A stretch of DNA of 30,277 nucleotides from Verrucomicrobiota bacterium (GTDB lineage: Bacteria > Verrucomicrobiota > Verrucomicrobiia > Chthoniobacterales > JAFAMB01), in NCBI GenBank assembly GCA_019236035.1, contig JAFAJU010000092.1, forward strand, positions 1 through 30,277, written 5' to 3'. Shown piece by piece: positions 8,110 to 16,960 of this stretch. The position numbers were made by a program, and so were the translations under genes. The notes beneath the pieces are model-generated. The model saw nothing but the letters and a program-made list of their open reading frames with translations, was not told the origin of the DNA and did no database searches. Positions within the stretch are counted from its first letter, which is position 1; each line of letters opens with the position of its first letter.

Positions 8110-9423
8110 TTGCCATGTGCTGCGGATGAAAATAGATGTGGCGAACTCTGTATGGTTGGGAGCCCTTTGCTTATCGCAGAAAAAGCACGGACCCGATTAC
8201 AGTCAGTGATTGCTTCTTTGCGGGAAGGCCGACCCACGAACTTGAATGTTGTTCGGTTGCCCAACCCGGCAGACGTCGTCGTCACTCCATGTGAAGTCAA
8301 CGAATTACATGGCACGGGCACTTTGCTTTTGAGGATATTCAAAGATTCACCCTCAGTAATTTCGTTGCGAACAAGTAATTTCTATGACCTCCCGCAAAAT
8401 TTCGGAGTCGCAAATTTCTGTTTGCCGCTGGCCCAAGCTTCCCGCTCCGAGGTCCTGTCCTGGGTCAAATGGTGGCTGAACACAACTTCTGTCCGCCGCG
8501 TCGTCTGCCTGCCCTATCTCCCTGCAGATCCTGTTGTTGGCATTACGGTGAAAGAACTCTTCAACGCTCGATTGTGCACCTATATCATGGACGATAAGAA
8601 CGTCTGTACCAATGGAATTCCCGATTCCTTAATGGAAGAGTTGCTTGCTAAGTCGGATCTCCGCCTGGTCATTTCGCCGGAAATGCGCGAAGCCTACGAA
8701 AAGAAATATCGTCTCAAGTTCTATCTTCTCCCCCCGCTCGTCTCGGATGAGTTGCTTAGGAAAACTCCCCTTCGGCAACTTAATGGAGTGAAACCTCGAC
8801 GATGTGTTCTGATCGGAAACATTTGGGGTCAGCGGTGGCTTGACTTGCTTCGGAATACGATTCGCAACAGCGGCTATCAAATTGATTGGTATTGCAATCA
8901 AAAAAAACCGAGAGCCCTTTGCTTTGACCGCAATGAATTAGAACAAGACGGCATCCGGCTGCTGGATCCGATCCCTGAGGTTGATCTTCCTGCAATTCTT
9001 GCGCAATACGCTTGTGCCATTGTCCCGTCCGATACCCTCGACGGAAAAAGTCCGCCGAATGTGCAGGCGATAGCGGAGTTGAGCCTGCCCAGTAGGATTC
9101 CGTTCGTGATCGCGACATCGCATCTCCCCATAGTCGTCCTTGGCCATCCTGCAACCTCCGCGGCCCGCTTTGTTGATCGATTTAAGTTTGGCGCGGTCGT
9201 CCCTTATGATGCTGATGCTGTCCGAACCGCTTTGGAAAGGCTTTCTGAACCTGAGACACAGGCGGCTATACGGTGCCGCGCAGCGGCATTAAGCGGGAGC
9301 TTTTCAGCGCGAGGTTCTTCCGACTGGATTTGGCGTTCCCTCGAAGCAGGCAAAGCGTGCGACCTTACTTTCGAAAAATTGATGCCTCCCTCGGAAGGTG
9401 AAAGTCTTCTAGAGGGCAATTGA
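8110..9423 (+). CDS. Putative GT-B fold glycosyltransferase (divergent GT4-like); start uncertain (TTG 8110 or ATG 8152)
   Basis: YIMDD...SDLRLVISPEMREAYEKKY and SLPSRIPFVIATSHLPIVVLG resemble the GT4 'ISxxM' and 'PSKLxEYxAxGxPI' elements; context next to methyl- and sulfotransferase genes. Confidence 0.55.
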   Translation: MPCAADENRCGELCMVGSPLLIAEKARTRLQSVIASLREGRPTNLNVVRLPNPADVVVTPCEVNELHGTGTLLLRIFKDSPSVISLRTSNFYDLPQNFGVANFCLPLAQASRSEVLSWVKWWLNTTSVRRVVCLPYLPADPVVGITVKELFNARLCTYIMDDKNVCTNGIPDSLMEELLAKSDLRLVISPEMREAYEKKYRLKFYLLPPLVSDELLRKTPLRQLNGVKPRRCVLIGNIWGQRWLDLLRNTIRNSGYQIDWYCNQKKPRALCFDRNELEQDGIRLLDPIPEVDLPAILAQYACAIVPSDTLDGKSPPNVQAIAELSLPSRIPFVIATSHLPIVVLGHPATSAARFVDRFKFGAVVPYDADAVRTALERLSEPETQAAIRCRAAALSGSFSARGSSDWIWRSLEAGKACDLTFEKLMPPSEGESLLEGN

Positions 9424-9427
9424 CCTG

Positions 9428-10459
9428 ATGAACGAATCCGTGGATGCCCAATCTTTGTATGAGTTGGAGAGCATACTCCACTCGCTGGTTGCGAATGATA
9501 CCGCTATCCTGGACGCGCTTGCGCAAATGCTCACCGCTCTACAACAGATGCAGGCCAGGAGCGAACAAAGCCTGGGCAATCTTTGTGGCGAGGTCCGCGA
9601 ACTGCGAGCGGAAGTACGCAACCTGAGCCTCGAGTTAACCGAAGCCAGAGAGAAGACCGCCAGCAGGCGCCAGCCTTTCATTGTGACAGAGGATGCGGTT
9701 TCAGCACAGAATCCAGAGCTGGGTTTGCTTGAATATCTGTATTCCTTTTTGACTAATACAAATGCCATCGATGTGGGCGCCAATGTGGGCAGAGTCTCAG
9801 AGCGCCTGCTAAAATCCGGTTACATCGTCTACGCTTTCGAGCCGTTTGGCCCTTCGTTTCAGATGCTGTGTAAAAGGCTGAAAGCCAGCCAGAGTTTTCA
9901 TCCATTCAACGTCGCGCTCGGGCCGGCGGACGCAACGATGAATCTGCATATCGCCTCGGATCTATCCGGAGTCAGCAAATGGGATTCCAGCCTTTTTCAC
10001 AGTTTGATTGAGCGACCGATGCTGCAGGATCTCCAGTTTACGCAGTCCGTTCCTGTTCAAGTGCGTAGTCTCGAAAGCTTACGCCGAAATGGTGAGATTC
10101 CGGAGTCCGCCGGTCTGCTGAAGATCGATACAGAAGGTTTCGATCTTGAAGTCATCCGCGGCATGGGAAACGGCGATTTTACTGTCGTGATGTCTGAGTT
10201 TTGGGATCCTGCGCATCCCTTTGGCCGTCTAGCCACCGGGAGACTCGAAGATCTTGTTACCGAAATGAAGAGCAGAGGCTACCACTGGCATATTGTGATT
10301 TATCACCAGGATGAGACCTCGGCGATCTCCTACTATTGTAATCGCGCACAAACGGTTCCCAACTCGTGGGGGAATGCATTCTTCTTCCGAGACCACGCGA
10401 TTTTCGCCAAAGCACTTCGTTGGTGCGAGGAAGTTCTTGTCGCAACCCTATATCACTGA
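9428..10459 (+). CDS. FkbM family SAM-dependent methyltransferase with N-terminal coiled-coil extension
   Basis: AIDVGANVG, YAFEP, NVALG, LLKIDTEGFDLEVIRG; first ~75 aa are heptad-rich (LRAEVRNLSLELTEARE). Confidence 0.88.
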   Translation: MNESVDAQSLYELESILHSLVANDTAILDALAQMLTALQQMQARSEQSLGNLCGEVRELRAEVRNLSLELTEAREKTASRRQPFIVTEDAVSAQNPELGLLEYLYSFLTNTNAIDVGANVGRVSERLLKSGYIVYAFEPFGPSFQMLCKRLKASQSFHPFNVALGPADATMNLHIASDLSGVSKWDSSLFHSLIERPMLQDLQFTQSVPVQVRSLESLRRNGEIPESAGLLKIDTEGFDLEVIRGMGNGDFTVVMSEFWDPAHPFGRLATGRLEDLVTEMKSRGYHWHIVIYHQDETSAISYYCNRAQTVPNSWGNAFFFRDHAIFAKALRWCEEVLVATLYH

Positions 10460-10461
10460 CG

Positions 10462-11196
10462 ATGCAGGGACAGGGTATAATACTTTGTTGCGGAATGATC
10501 CGTTCAGCGTCAACGCTGCAGTACCAAGTCGTTGCGGACCTTGTTAAACGAAGCCGCCTTGGCCAGAGTATTGGCTATGCAGATCGACAGAGCATCCCGG
10601 AAGTTATGCAGAAATTGGACCGGGTTGCCGGTTTCGCGGTAGTTAAAACACACGAAGTTCTTCCGGAATTGGACCCGTTCATAGAACAGGGGCTGGTTCG
10701 CCTCTTGTATTCTTTTCGTGATCTGCGGGCCGTCGCGCTCTCAGTAATGCGAAAGTGGGAAATCCCATTTGCGCATGTGATCGGCCGAAATGGATGGCTC
10801 GACACTGCGGTCGCTTCTTCTACCCGCTGGCTTTCAGTCCCTGGGGTTTGCGCAAGCCGCTATGAGGATATGGTCTTGGCGCTGCCTGGCGAAGTCACGA
10901 AATGGGCGTACGCTCTTGGTTTGAATATCAGGCGGGGGCAGGCCGAGGAGTTGGCCGCGCGATATTGCATCGAAGCGCAGCGGGATCGGATTCGAATGAT
11001 CCAGAACCCAGGTGAAGCCGGCGGACCCACTGAATACTTTGATCCCGAAAGCTTGCTTCACCCCAACCATATCATTGACGGTTCGTTGGAGGGATGGAAG
11101 ATAGGATTGGAGAAATGGCAGATTCGTCAAATTGAGGGTCGTTTTTCCAGGTGGCTGTTGGATCATGGCTATCAACTCACTAGCGCTGCTGGGTAG
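10462..11196 (+). CDS. PAPS-dependent sulfotransferase domain protein
   Basis: CGMIRSASTL (5'-PSB loop), KTH, YSFRDLRAVALS (3'-PB), RYEDM; ATG 10462 is 2 nt after the FkbM stop. Confidence 0.8.
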   Translation: MQGQGIILCCGMIRSASTLQYQVVADLVKRSRLGQSIGYADRQSIPEVMQKLDRVAGFAVVKTHEVLPELDPFIEQGLVRLLYSFRDLRAVALSVMRKWEIPFAHVIGRNGWLDTAVASSTRWLSVPGVCASRYEDMVLALPGEVTKWAYALGLNIRRGQAEELAARYCIEAQRDRIRMIQNPGEAGGPTEYFDPESLLHPNHIIDGSLEGWKIGLEKWQIRQIEGRFSRWLLDHGYQLTSAAG

Positions 11197-11280
11197 GGAG
11201 GCGCTTCCGCTGGTCTGCGCATGCGCGTGCCCGCTCTGGTGGGCGCGCTGTCCCGGACGCGCACGAGCGCGTCCCTAACA
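11193..11280. repeat. Degenerate REP-like element beginning in the sulfotransferase stop (G-TAG)
   Basis: gtagggaggcgcttcc ... cccggacgcgcacgagcgcgtccctaac; shares cccggacgcgc with the 1955-2043 element. Confidence 0.6.
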
Positions 11281-11292
11281 GACCACCTCTGT

Positions 11293-12054
11293 ATGCGAGA
11301 CAGTGCACTAGTCGAAGTCCAACATCTGACGAAGCTATTTGGAAACTTCAAGGCGGTCGATGACGTATCGTTTTTCGTTCGGGCCAGCGAGATCGTTGGC
11401 CTTCTTGGCCCGAGTGGTGCGGGGAAGACAACGACGATTCACATGATGCTGGGCTTGATTTCACCAACTGCCGGCAGCGTGCGGATTTTCGGCAAGCGCC
11501 TTGAGGAGAACCGTGAACAGATTTTGCAAAAGGTTAGCTTCACAGCTCCGTACGTGCTCTTCCCTACCCGGCTTACCGTCTTCGAAAATTTGCTGGTCTT
11601 TGCCCGGCTTTACAGAGTCAATCATCCGTCATCGAAGATCCGGGAACTCCTGCGGATGTTCGCCATAGAGCACCTGAAGAACAAACCTGTCTCGCGTTTA
11701 TCCTCGGGGGAAAATACCCGGGTAGGGCTTTGCAAAGCGTTTATGAGTGATCCGAAATTGCTGCTGATGGACGAACCAACTGCCTACCTCGATCCGCAAC
11801 TAGCCCTTCACGTGAAAGAAATTCTCCTGAATATGCAGTACAGGTCTGGCACGACCATTCTCTACACGTCGCACAACATGGCGGAGGTAGAGGAGATGTG
11901 CAGCCGAATCATATTTCTCAACCGAGGCCGGGTGCTTGCCACCGGTACTCCGATTGAAGTAACTCAGACCATCCTTAAAGAAAATCGCACTGAACCGGCA
12001 CTGAGGGAGGTTTTCCTGCACTTAGCGAGGAGGCAGCCAAATGAAGTCGCATAG
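11293..12054 (+). CDS. ABC transporter ATP-binding subunit (ABC-2 / NodI-DrrA-like exporter)
   Basis: Walker A GPSGAGKTT, variant signature LSSGE, Walker B LLLMDEP, H-loop YTSH. Start moved to ATG 11293 because the upstream extension is REP DNA. Confidence 0.92.
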   Translation: MRDSALVEVQHLTKLFGNFKAVDDVSFFVRASEIVGLLGPSGAGKTTTIHMMLGLISPTAGSVRIFGKRLEENREQILQKVSFTAPYVLFPTRLTVFENLLVFARLYRVNHPSSKIRELLRMFAIEHLKNKPVSRLSSGENTRVGLCKAFMSDPKLLLMDEPTAYLDPQLALHVKEILLNMQYRSGTTILYTSHNMAEVEEMCSRIIFLNRGRVLATGTPIEVTQTILKENRTEPALREVFLHLARRQPNEVA

Positions 12055-12829
12055 GATCGAGGCGATCATCCTGCGGCACACCTGCGAAGCCCGGCACAAT
12101 TTGAATCGGATCGCCGAGATGGTGTACTGGCCAGTGCAGAACATAGTCGTTTGGGGGTTTTTCACTGTTTATCTGGCCCGGGATAACCATCTGCGGCCGG
12201 GCGCGGTCAGCTTCCTGCTGGGTGCAGCCATTCTCTGGGGAATGTTCTATGCCTTCCAGCGCGACCTGGCCACGGGGTTTCTGGAAGAGCTCTGGTCGCG
12301 AAACATCATTAACTTATTCTCCACACCTCTGAGCATTTCGGAGTACTTAACTGGTCTGATTATCGTAAATCTTCTAAAGGCGCTGCTTGGCATGATAGCA
12401 GCGGCCCTGACTGCCTGGGTCTGTTATGCCTACAACATCTTTCCGAAATCACTTGCCTTGATCCCGTTTATGCTGAATCTGGCTCTGTTCGCCCTGGCTA
12501 TTGGCGTGATTATTATCGGCCTGATTGTCAGGTATACCACCAGAATCCAGACTCTCGCGTGGAGCTTTGCCGGGTTACTGATGCCCTTCTCTTGTGTATT
12601 CTATCCTTTGAACTCGCTACCAAAACTTTTGCGTCCTTTCGCCTGGGTCCTGCCAACTACTCATGCCTTTGAAGGGATGAGGCAGGCGATCCAGGGGGGA
12701 GGATTTTCGACTCTGCACTTCGCCTGGGCGATTACATTAAATGCGCTCTACTTTCTGCTCGCGATCCCGATCTTTCGGATGATGTTTGAGTCTGCACGCT
12801 CGCGCGGGCTCTTGGTAAAACTGGAATAG
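12041..12829 (+). CDS. ABC-2 type transporter permease
   Basis: About six hydrophobic segments; FSCVFYPLNSLP...LPTTHAFEGMR is the ABC-2 membrane motif; overlaps the ATPase gene by 14 nt. Confidence 0.9.
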   Translation: MKSHRIEAIILRHTCEARHNLNRIAEMVYWPVQNIVVWGFFTVYLARDNHLRPGAVSFLLGAAILWGMFYAFQRDLATGFLEELWSRNIINLFSTPLSISEYLTGLIIVNLLKALLGMIAAALTAWVCYAYNIFPKSLALIPFMLNLALFALAIGVIIIGLIVRYTTRIQTLAWSFAGLLMPFSCVFYPLNSLPKLLRPFAWVLPTTHAFEGMRQAIQGGGFSTLHFAWAITLNALYFLLAIPIFRMMFESARSRGLLVKLE

Positions 12830-12842
12830 AGGCATTGAGTTT

Positions 12843-13640
12843 ATGTTTCAGCAGGTTAGCTCTGCTATGTGGGGGTTCACCACCTATGTGTTCCCCGCGT
12901 CTCTGGCAGGTACCTTGCTCGAGGTCTTGATTCCGGGAGAAAAGCAATCCGTCCAGTCGCGTCTCCGGGCAATTCCTATCTGGATAGTTTATATTTTCAT
13001 TGGGGTTAGTTCCGGAGCGCTTCTTAGGTGTCTTCTCGATTTACTGCATATCCGGCCACTGCTCTCAGTGGATCTGAAGAACGCAACTAATTCAAACGAT
13101 GTTGTTGTTATCATCGCGGCCTACGCGGTGTTTCCCGCCGTCGGTTTCTTCATCTACGATTTCTTCTATTACTGGTTTCACCGGCTCCAACATACATTCC
13201 GCGTGCTTTGGCGCGTGCATGCTGTCCATCATTCCATTGAGGAGTTGAACGCCTTTAACGACTATCATCATTGGCTGGAAAACGCGTTACGGGTGCCCTT
13301 GATTCTGCTTCCGATGTCATTGCTTATTTCCGTGCGTACCTTCGACGTCATTGTTTACACGATGATCCTCCAGTTCATGGGGCAGATGACGCATGCCAAT
13401 TCAAAAATCAGTTATGGCCTCTTCCGATACGTTTTTTCTGAGCCCAGGTATCACCGGATTCATCATTCGGCGGAGAAACGCCACTGGGGCAAGAACTTCG
13501 CCTTCATGTTTCCTTTCTGGGACGTGGTTTTCGGTACGGCCTATTTCCCAAAACCCGACGAATATCCACGGACAGGGCTTCCGCAGCAGAGAGAGCCACG
13601 CTCAATCGTAGAGTATATCACGGCTCCTTTCCGGCGCTAA
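12843..13640 (+). CDS. Sterol desaturase / fatty acid hydroxylase family membrane di-iron enzyme
   Basis: His boxes YWFHRLQH, HAVHH, THAN, HRIHH, followed by NFAFMFPFWDVVFGT. Confidence 0.9.
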   Translation: MFQQVSSAMWGFTTYVFPASLAGTLLEVLIPGEKQSVQSRLRAIPIWIVYIFIGVSSGALLRCLLDLLHIRPLLSVDLKNATNSNDVVVIIAAYAVFPAVGFFIYDFFYYWFHRLQHTFRVLWRVHAVHHSIEELNAFNDYHHWLENALRVPLILLPMSLLISVRTFDVIVYTMILQFMGQMTHANSKISYGLFRYVFSEPRYHRIHHSAEKRHWGKNFAFMFPFWDVVFGTAYFPKPDEYPRTGLPQQREPRSIVEYITAPFRR

Positions 13641-13641
13641 A

Positions 13642-13775
13642 GTAGCATAGGCTTCCAGCCTGTCGGGCGCGGCGCTGCCCCGCAAATACAGGCTGGGAGC
13701 CGTGTCCCGGAGGGACGGCTTGCAAGCCCTAAAAAATGCCCAAACTCCACATACAGGCTGGAAGCCTGTGTGCTC
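13642..13775. repeat. REP cluster (three copies of the GTAGCA family)
   Basis: gtagcataggcttccagcctgt (13642-13663), acaggctgggagccgtg (13688-), acaggctggaagcctgtg (13753-), between convergent genes. Confidence 0.8.
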
Positions 13776-13790
13776 GCCAGGCCGGCCTCG

Positions 13791-14405
13791 TTACGTAATA
13801 AAGTAGCTCAGGTTCTCCAGCTCGATCGCGAGATTGACATTGTTGACTACGACGTTGTTTGGAACCTGCAGAATCGATGGAGAGAAGTTCAGGATCGCCT
13901 GGATACCCGCTTCGACCAGCGCGTTAGTAACCGCCTGCGCATTCGTCCCTGGAACGGTCAGGATGGCGAGTTTTACGCTGTGCTCAGAGATAAATCCACC
14001 TAAGCGGTCCATCGGCAGAATCGGCGGATTTCCGCCTTTTGCGCGCTCCGGCCGGATATCAAACGCCGCCACGATTTCGAAACCCTCTTTGGCAAAACCG
14101 TCATAGTGAATCAAAGCGGACCCCAGATTGCCGGCGCCAATGAGAATGACCGGCTGAAAGCGCGCGGTCCGAAGCACGCTCGCCAACTGGGTGACCAGCG
14201 AGCTCACCTTATAGCCGAGCCCTCTGGTACCGAACTGGCCAAAGTATGTAAGATCTTTCCGGAGCTGGGTCGGCTTGACACCCGCGGCCTTCGCTAGCGC
14301 AGCTGATGAAACCGTTTCAATCCGATTCTGGTGGAGTCGTTCAACAATCCTGAAATACAGCGAGAGCCGATAGACAGTCTTCCGGGGGATGACAAACTTC
14401 GCCAC
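13791..14405 (-). CDS. rex: Redox-sensing transcriptional repressor Rex
   Basis: IPRKTVYRLSLY, VSSAALA...QLRKDLTYFGQFGTRGLGY, GAGNLGSAL, ILNF; GTG start at 14405 gives 204 aa and is preceded by a promoter-like motif. Confidence 0.95.
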   Translation of the reverse strand: MAKFVIPRKTVYRLSLYFRIVERLHQNRIETVSSAALAKAAGVKPTQLRKDLTYFGQFGTRGLGYKVSSLVTQLASVLRTARFQPVILIGAGNLGSALIHYDGFAKEGFEIVAAFDIRPERAKGGNPPILPMDRLGGFISEHSVKLAILTVPGTNAQAVTNALVEAGIQAILNFSPSILQVPNNVVVNNVNLAIELENLSYFIT

Positions 14406-14411
14406 ATGTGA

Positions 14412-14440
14412 AAAATATCGAATCCCCGCAACAGCGTCAA
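14412..14440 (-). promoter_or_regulatory. Leaderless-type promoter for rex
   Basis: TTGACG (14435-14440), N17, TATTTT (14412-14417), N6, GTG. Confidence 0.6.
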
Positions 14441-14658
14441 CGGGTGGTCCGCCCAACGGAATCGTCCCGGCTCTCGTGATTCCTGCTCTCTGCCGCAGCC
14501 GGTTTCTGGAAAAACCGGGAGACCAGCCATCCCAGATTCTCAATCTCGATCTTCGAGCCTTCGATGAAGTTTTCCGGTCCATGCTCAATCACTACGACCC
14601 AGCAAAACGCTGCGATCGCGAAAAAAATAAACCAGAGCAGTAACCGGATGTGATGCAC
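14437..14658 (-). CDS. Small single-pass membrane protein (73 aa), hypothetical
   Basis: GTG start: MHHIRLLLWFIFFAIAAFCWVVVIEHGPENFIEGSKIEIENLGW...; hydrophobic N-terminal helix; TTGCGG-N17-TATTTT-N5 directly upstream. Confidence 0.6.
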   Translation of the reverse strand: MHHIRLLLWFIFFAIAAFCWVVVIEHGPENFIEGSKIEIENLGWLVSRFFQKPAAAESRNHESRDDSVGRTTR

Positions 14659-14706
14659 AGGCGAAAATAATCGTGCGGGATTTAGACCGCAAGGCGGCCA
14701 GGACTC

Positions 14707-14736
14707 TTGCGACTGTTGAAATATCCTGGCTAGATT
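14707..14736 (+). promoter_or_regulatory. Leaderless-type promoter for dnaX
   Basis: TTGCGA (14707-14712), N18, TAGATT (14731-14736), N6, GTG 14743; no SD. Confidence 0.5.
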
Positions 14737-14742
14737 ATCGGC

Positions 14743-16437
14743 GTGAGTTATCAAGTCTTCGCGCGAAAATATCGGCCCCAAGTATTCGACGACGTTTTGG
14801 GCCAAGATCACGTCGTGCAAACCTTGAAAAATGCGATTGAGCGCGGACGCATTGCGCACGCCTACCTGTTTGTCGGTCCGCGCGGTACTGGAAAAACTTC
14901 GACAGCCCGGATCTTGGCCAAGGCTCTAAATTGCATCCATGGCCCAACGGTCAATCCATGCGGAGTCTGCGATTCATGCCGGGAGATTTCCCAGAGCGTC
15001 AGCCTCGACGTGCTCGAAATCGATGGCGCCAGCAACAACAGCGTCGATCAGATCCGCGAACTCCGGGATAACGTCCGCTTCGCACCGGCGCGTGGCCATT
15101 TCAAGGTCTACATCATCGATGAGGTTCATATGTTGACGCAGCAAGCGTTCAACGCTCTCCTGAAAACCCTGGAAGAACCGCCGGCTCACGTGATTTTTAT
15201 ATTTGCGACGACTGAGCCGCACAAGGTTCTGCCGACCATCCTTAGCCGATGTCAGCGGTTCGATCTACGCCGGATCCCGGCCCTCACTATCGCGAAGCAT
15301 CTGGCTTACATTGCCGGCAAAGAAGGGGTAACCCTCTCCCAGGATGCGGCTGCGGCTATTGCCGTCGCAGCGGAGGGAGGTTTGCGAGACGCCGAGTCGA
15401 TGCTGGATCAGTTGGTCGCATTTTGTGGAAACACAATTGGCGAGCAGGAAGTGCTTGAGGTTTTTGGTCTTACCTCCGAACACGTCGTCGCAAACCTGAC
15501 GCGCGCAATTCTCAATCAGAAAGCTGCTGAGGCACTCGCTATCGTCCATCAACAAGCGGAAGCAGGCAAAGATTTGACCAAACTTCTCAGCGACCTCCTG
15601 GCATTTTTTCGAAACCTCTTGATTTACAAGATTGACCCCCAAAGTTTGCGGGAAGAAATCAGCGAGCAGGCTCGAACCTCACTTGAGGAATTGGTTACGG
15701 TGGTTGACACGCAGCGGGTGCTGCGCCTGATCGAAGGAATTTCGGAGGTTGAAGCCACGATTAAGTGGACACCGAACAGGAAGCTTCACCTGGAAATTGC
15801 TTTGATCCGCGCGATTCATATGCTCAGCGAGGTCAGCTTGGAAAGCGTTATCGACGCCTTGGAAAATCTGCGCGGGGATTCGGAGACCCACGCGGGCAAA
15901 GAGACGACTCCCGTGCAGGAACAGGGCGCGGTCACGGAAACGCCCAAAAGCCAAGACACGCCAAAGCAGGTTGCAGGAGAGTCTCCCCCAATTAAACCGG
16001 AGCCCGAAGAAACGCCAAAAGATCGATCTGACCAAGCGACCGAAGCGGCGACAGCGCCGAGCGAGCAGTTGGAATCAGTTTGGCCGCGTATTCTTCAGGA
16101 AGTGCGTAACCGCAGGCCCTTCATTGTGTCCTGGATTGAGCCCGCGACTCCGCTTTCTCTTGAAGGCGGAACGCTTAAACTTGGATTCCCAAAAGATCTC
16201 GCAATCGGGGTCGAGTCGTTGTCTCGACCGAACAACCAGAAACTTCTGGAGGAAGTCGTCGGTGAGATTGTCGGTGGCACGTGGAAAGTCGTGTTCGAAT
16301 TGCGAGACGACCTCGCTGCTGCGGAGGTGCGACCCTCTCCGAACTCGCCGCCAAGTCCGATGGAGGACTTTAAGAATGATCCAATGATTCAAAAAGCTCT
16401 GGAAATATTCAAGGCGGAGATCCAGGCTGAGCGTTAG
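14743..16437 (+). CDS. dnaX: DNA polymerase III subunit gamma/tau
   Basis: SYQVFARKYRPQ, GPRGTGKTS, C-x8-C-x2-C zinc site, EIDGASN, DEVHML, FNALLKTLEEPP, SRCQ. Confidence 0.98.
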   Translation: MSYQVFARKYRPQVFDDVLGQDHVVQTLKNAIERGRIAHAYLFVGPRGTGKTSTARILAKALNCIHGPTVNPCGVCDSCREISQSVSLDVLEIDGASNNSVDQIRELRDNVRFAPARGHFKVYIIDEVHMLTQQAFNALLKTLEEPPAHVIFIFATTEPHKVLPTILSRCQRFDLRRIPALTIAKHLAYIAGKEGVTLSQDAAAAIAVAAEGGLRDAESMLDQLVAFCGNTIGEQEVLEVFGLTSEHVVANLTRAILNQKAAEALAIVHQQAEAGKDLTKLLSDLLAFFRNLLIYKIDPQSLREEISEQARTSLEELVTVVDTQRVLRLIEGISEVEATIKWTPNRKLHLEIALIRAIHMLSEVSLESVIDALENLRGDSETHAGKETTPVQEQGAVTETPKSQDTPKQVAGESPPIKPEPEETPKDRSDQATEAATAPSEQLESVWPRILQEVRNRRPFIVSWIEPATPLSLEGGTLKLGFPKDLAIGVESLSRPNNQKLLEEVVGEIVGGTWKVVFELRDDLAAAEVRPSPNSPPSPMEDFKNDPMIQKALEIFKAEIQAER

Positions 16438-16440
16438 ACG

Positions 16441-16743
16441 ATGAACATCCAGAAGATGATGAAGCAGGCTGCGAAGATGCAGGAACAGTTGAGTGCCGCT
16501 CTCGCAGAGAAAACTGTCGAGGTTAGCGTCGGGGGCGAGAAAGTGACCGTCGTTGCAAACGGCCTGGGCGATATAGTTTCGATCAAGATTTCCAAGGAAG
16601 TCGTCGACCCTGAAGACATCGAAATGCTGGAGGATCTGATCCTGAGTGGGGTCAAACAGGCCATCGAAAAGGGCAAAAGTTTGGCCCAGAGCGAGATGGG
16701 TCGCATGACCTCAGGACTCGGATTGCCGCCGGGATTGGTGTAG
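16441..16743 (+). CDS. ybaB: YbaB/EbfC nucleoid-associated protein
   Basis: MMKQAAKMQEQL...GGEKVTV...DPEDIEMLEDLILSGV; canonical position 3 nt after dnaX. Confidence 0.93.
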   Translation: MNIQKMMKQAAKMQEQLSAALAEKTVEVSVGGEKVTVVANGLGDIVSIKISKEVVDPEDIEMLEDLILSGVKQAIEKGKSLAQSEMGRMTSGLGLPPGLV

Positions 16744-16889
16744 GGCGGTAGGGCGAGGCTCCGCCCGAGCCGCGGCACGTGGCGTCATCAAAGGCAGTTC
16801 ATCGCGCTGGTCCCGCGGCTCGGGCGGAGCCTCGTATAGCTCCGTCCACCTTGCCCGCGCGCCAAAGGTAGCATAGGCTCCCAGCCTGA
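16740..16889. repeat. Composite REP cluster
   Basis: Tandem GTAGGGCG x2 (16740-16755); perfect 22-bp inverted repeat 16754-16775 / 16813-16834; GTAGCA-family copy at 16868-16889. Confidence 0.8.
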
Positions 16890-16960
16890 CGTCCAGCCTC
16901 TATGTTGCGCCTAGCCCGCCAGCCACTAGCCACTTATATTCACCCCAACAAGTAACCGCT

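Noticed and set aside
8091-8115. Palindrome TGGCAAG-N11-CTTGCCA upstream of the glycosyltransferase; considered as a sigma54 site
   Set aside because: GG-to-GC spacing does not fit -24/-12, and a single 7-bp palindrome is not enough to call an operator.
14743-16437. Programmed -1 frameshift producing the gamma subunit
   Set aside because: No A-AAA-AAG heptamer or long poly-T/poly-A run found by eye in the expected region.
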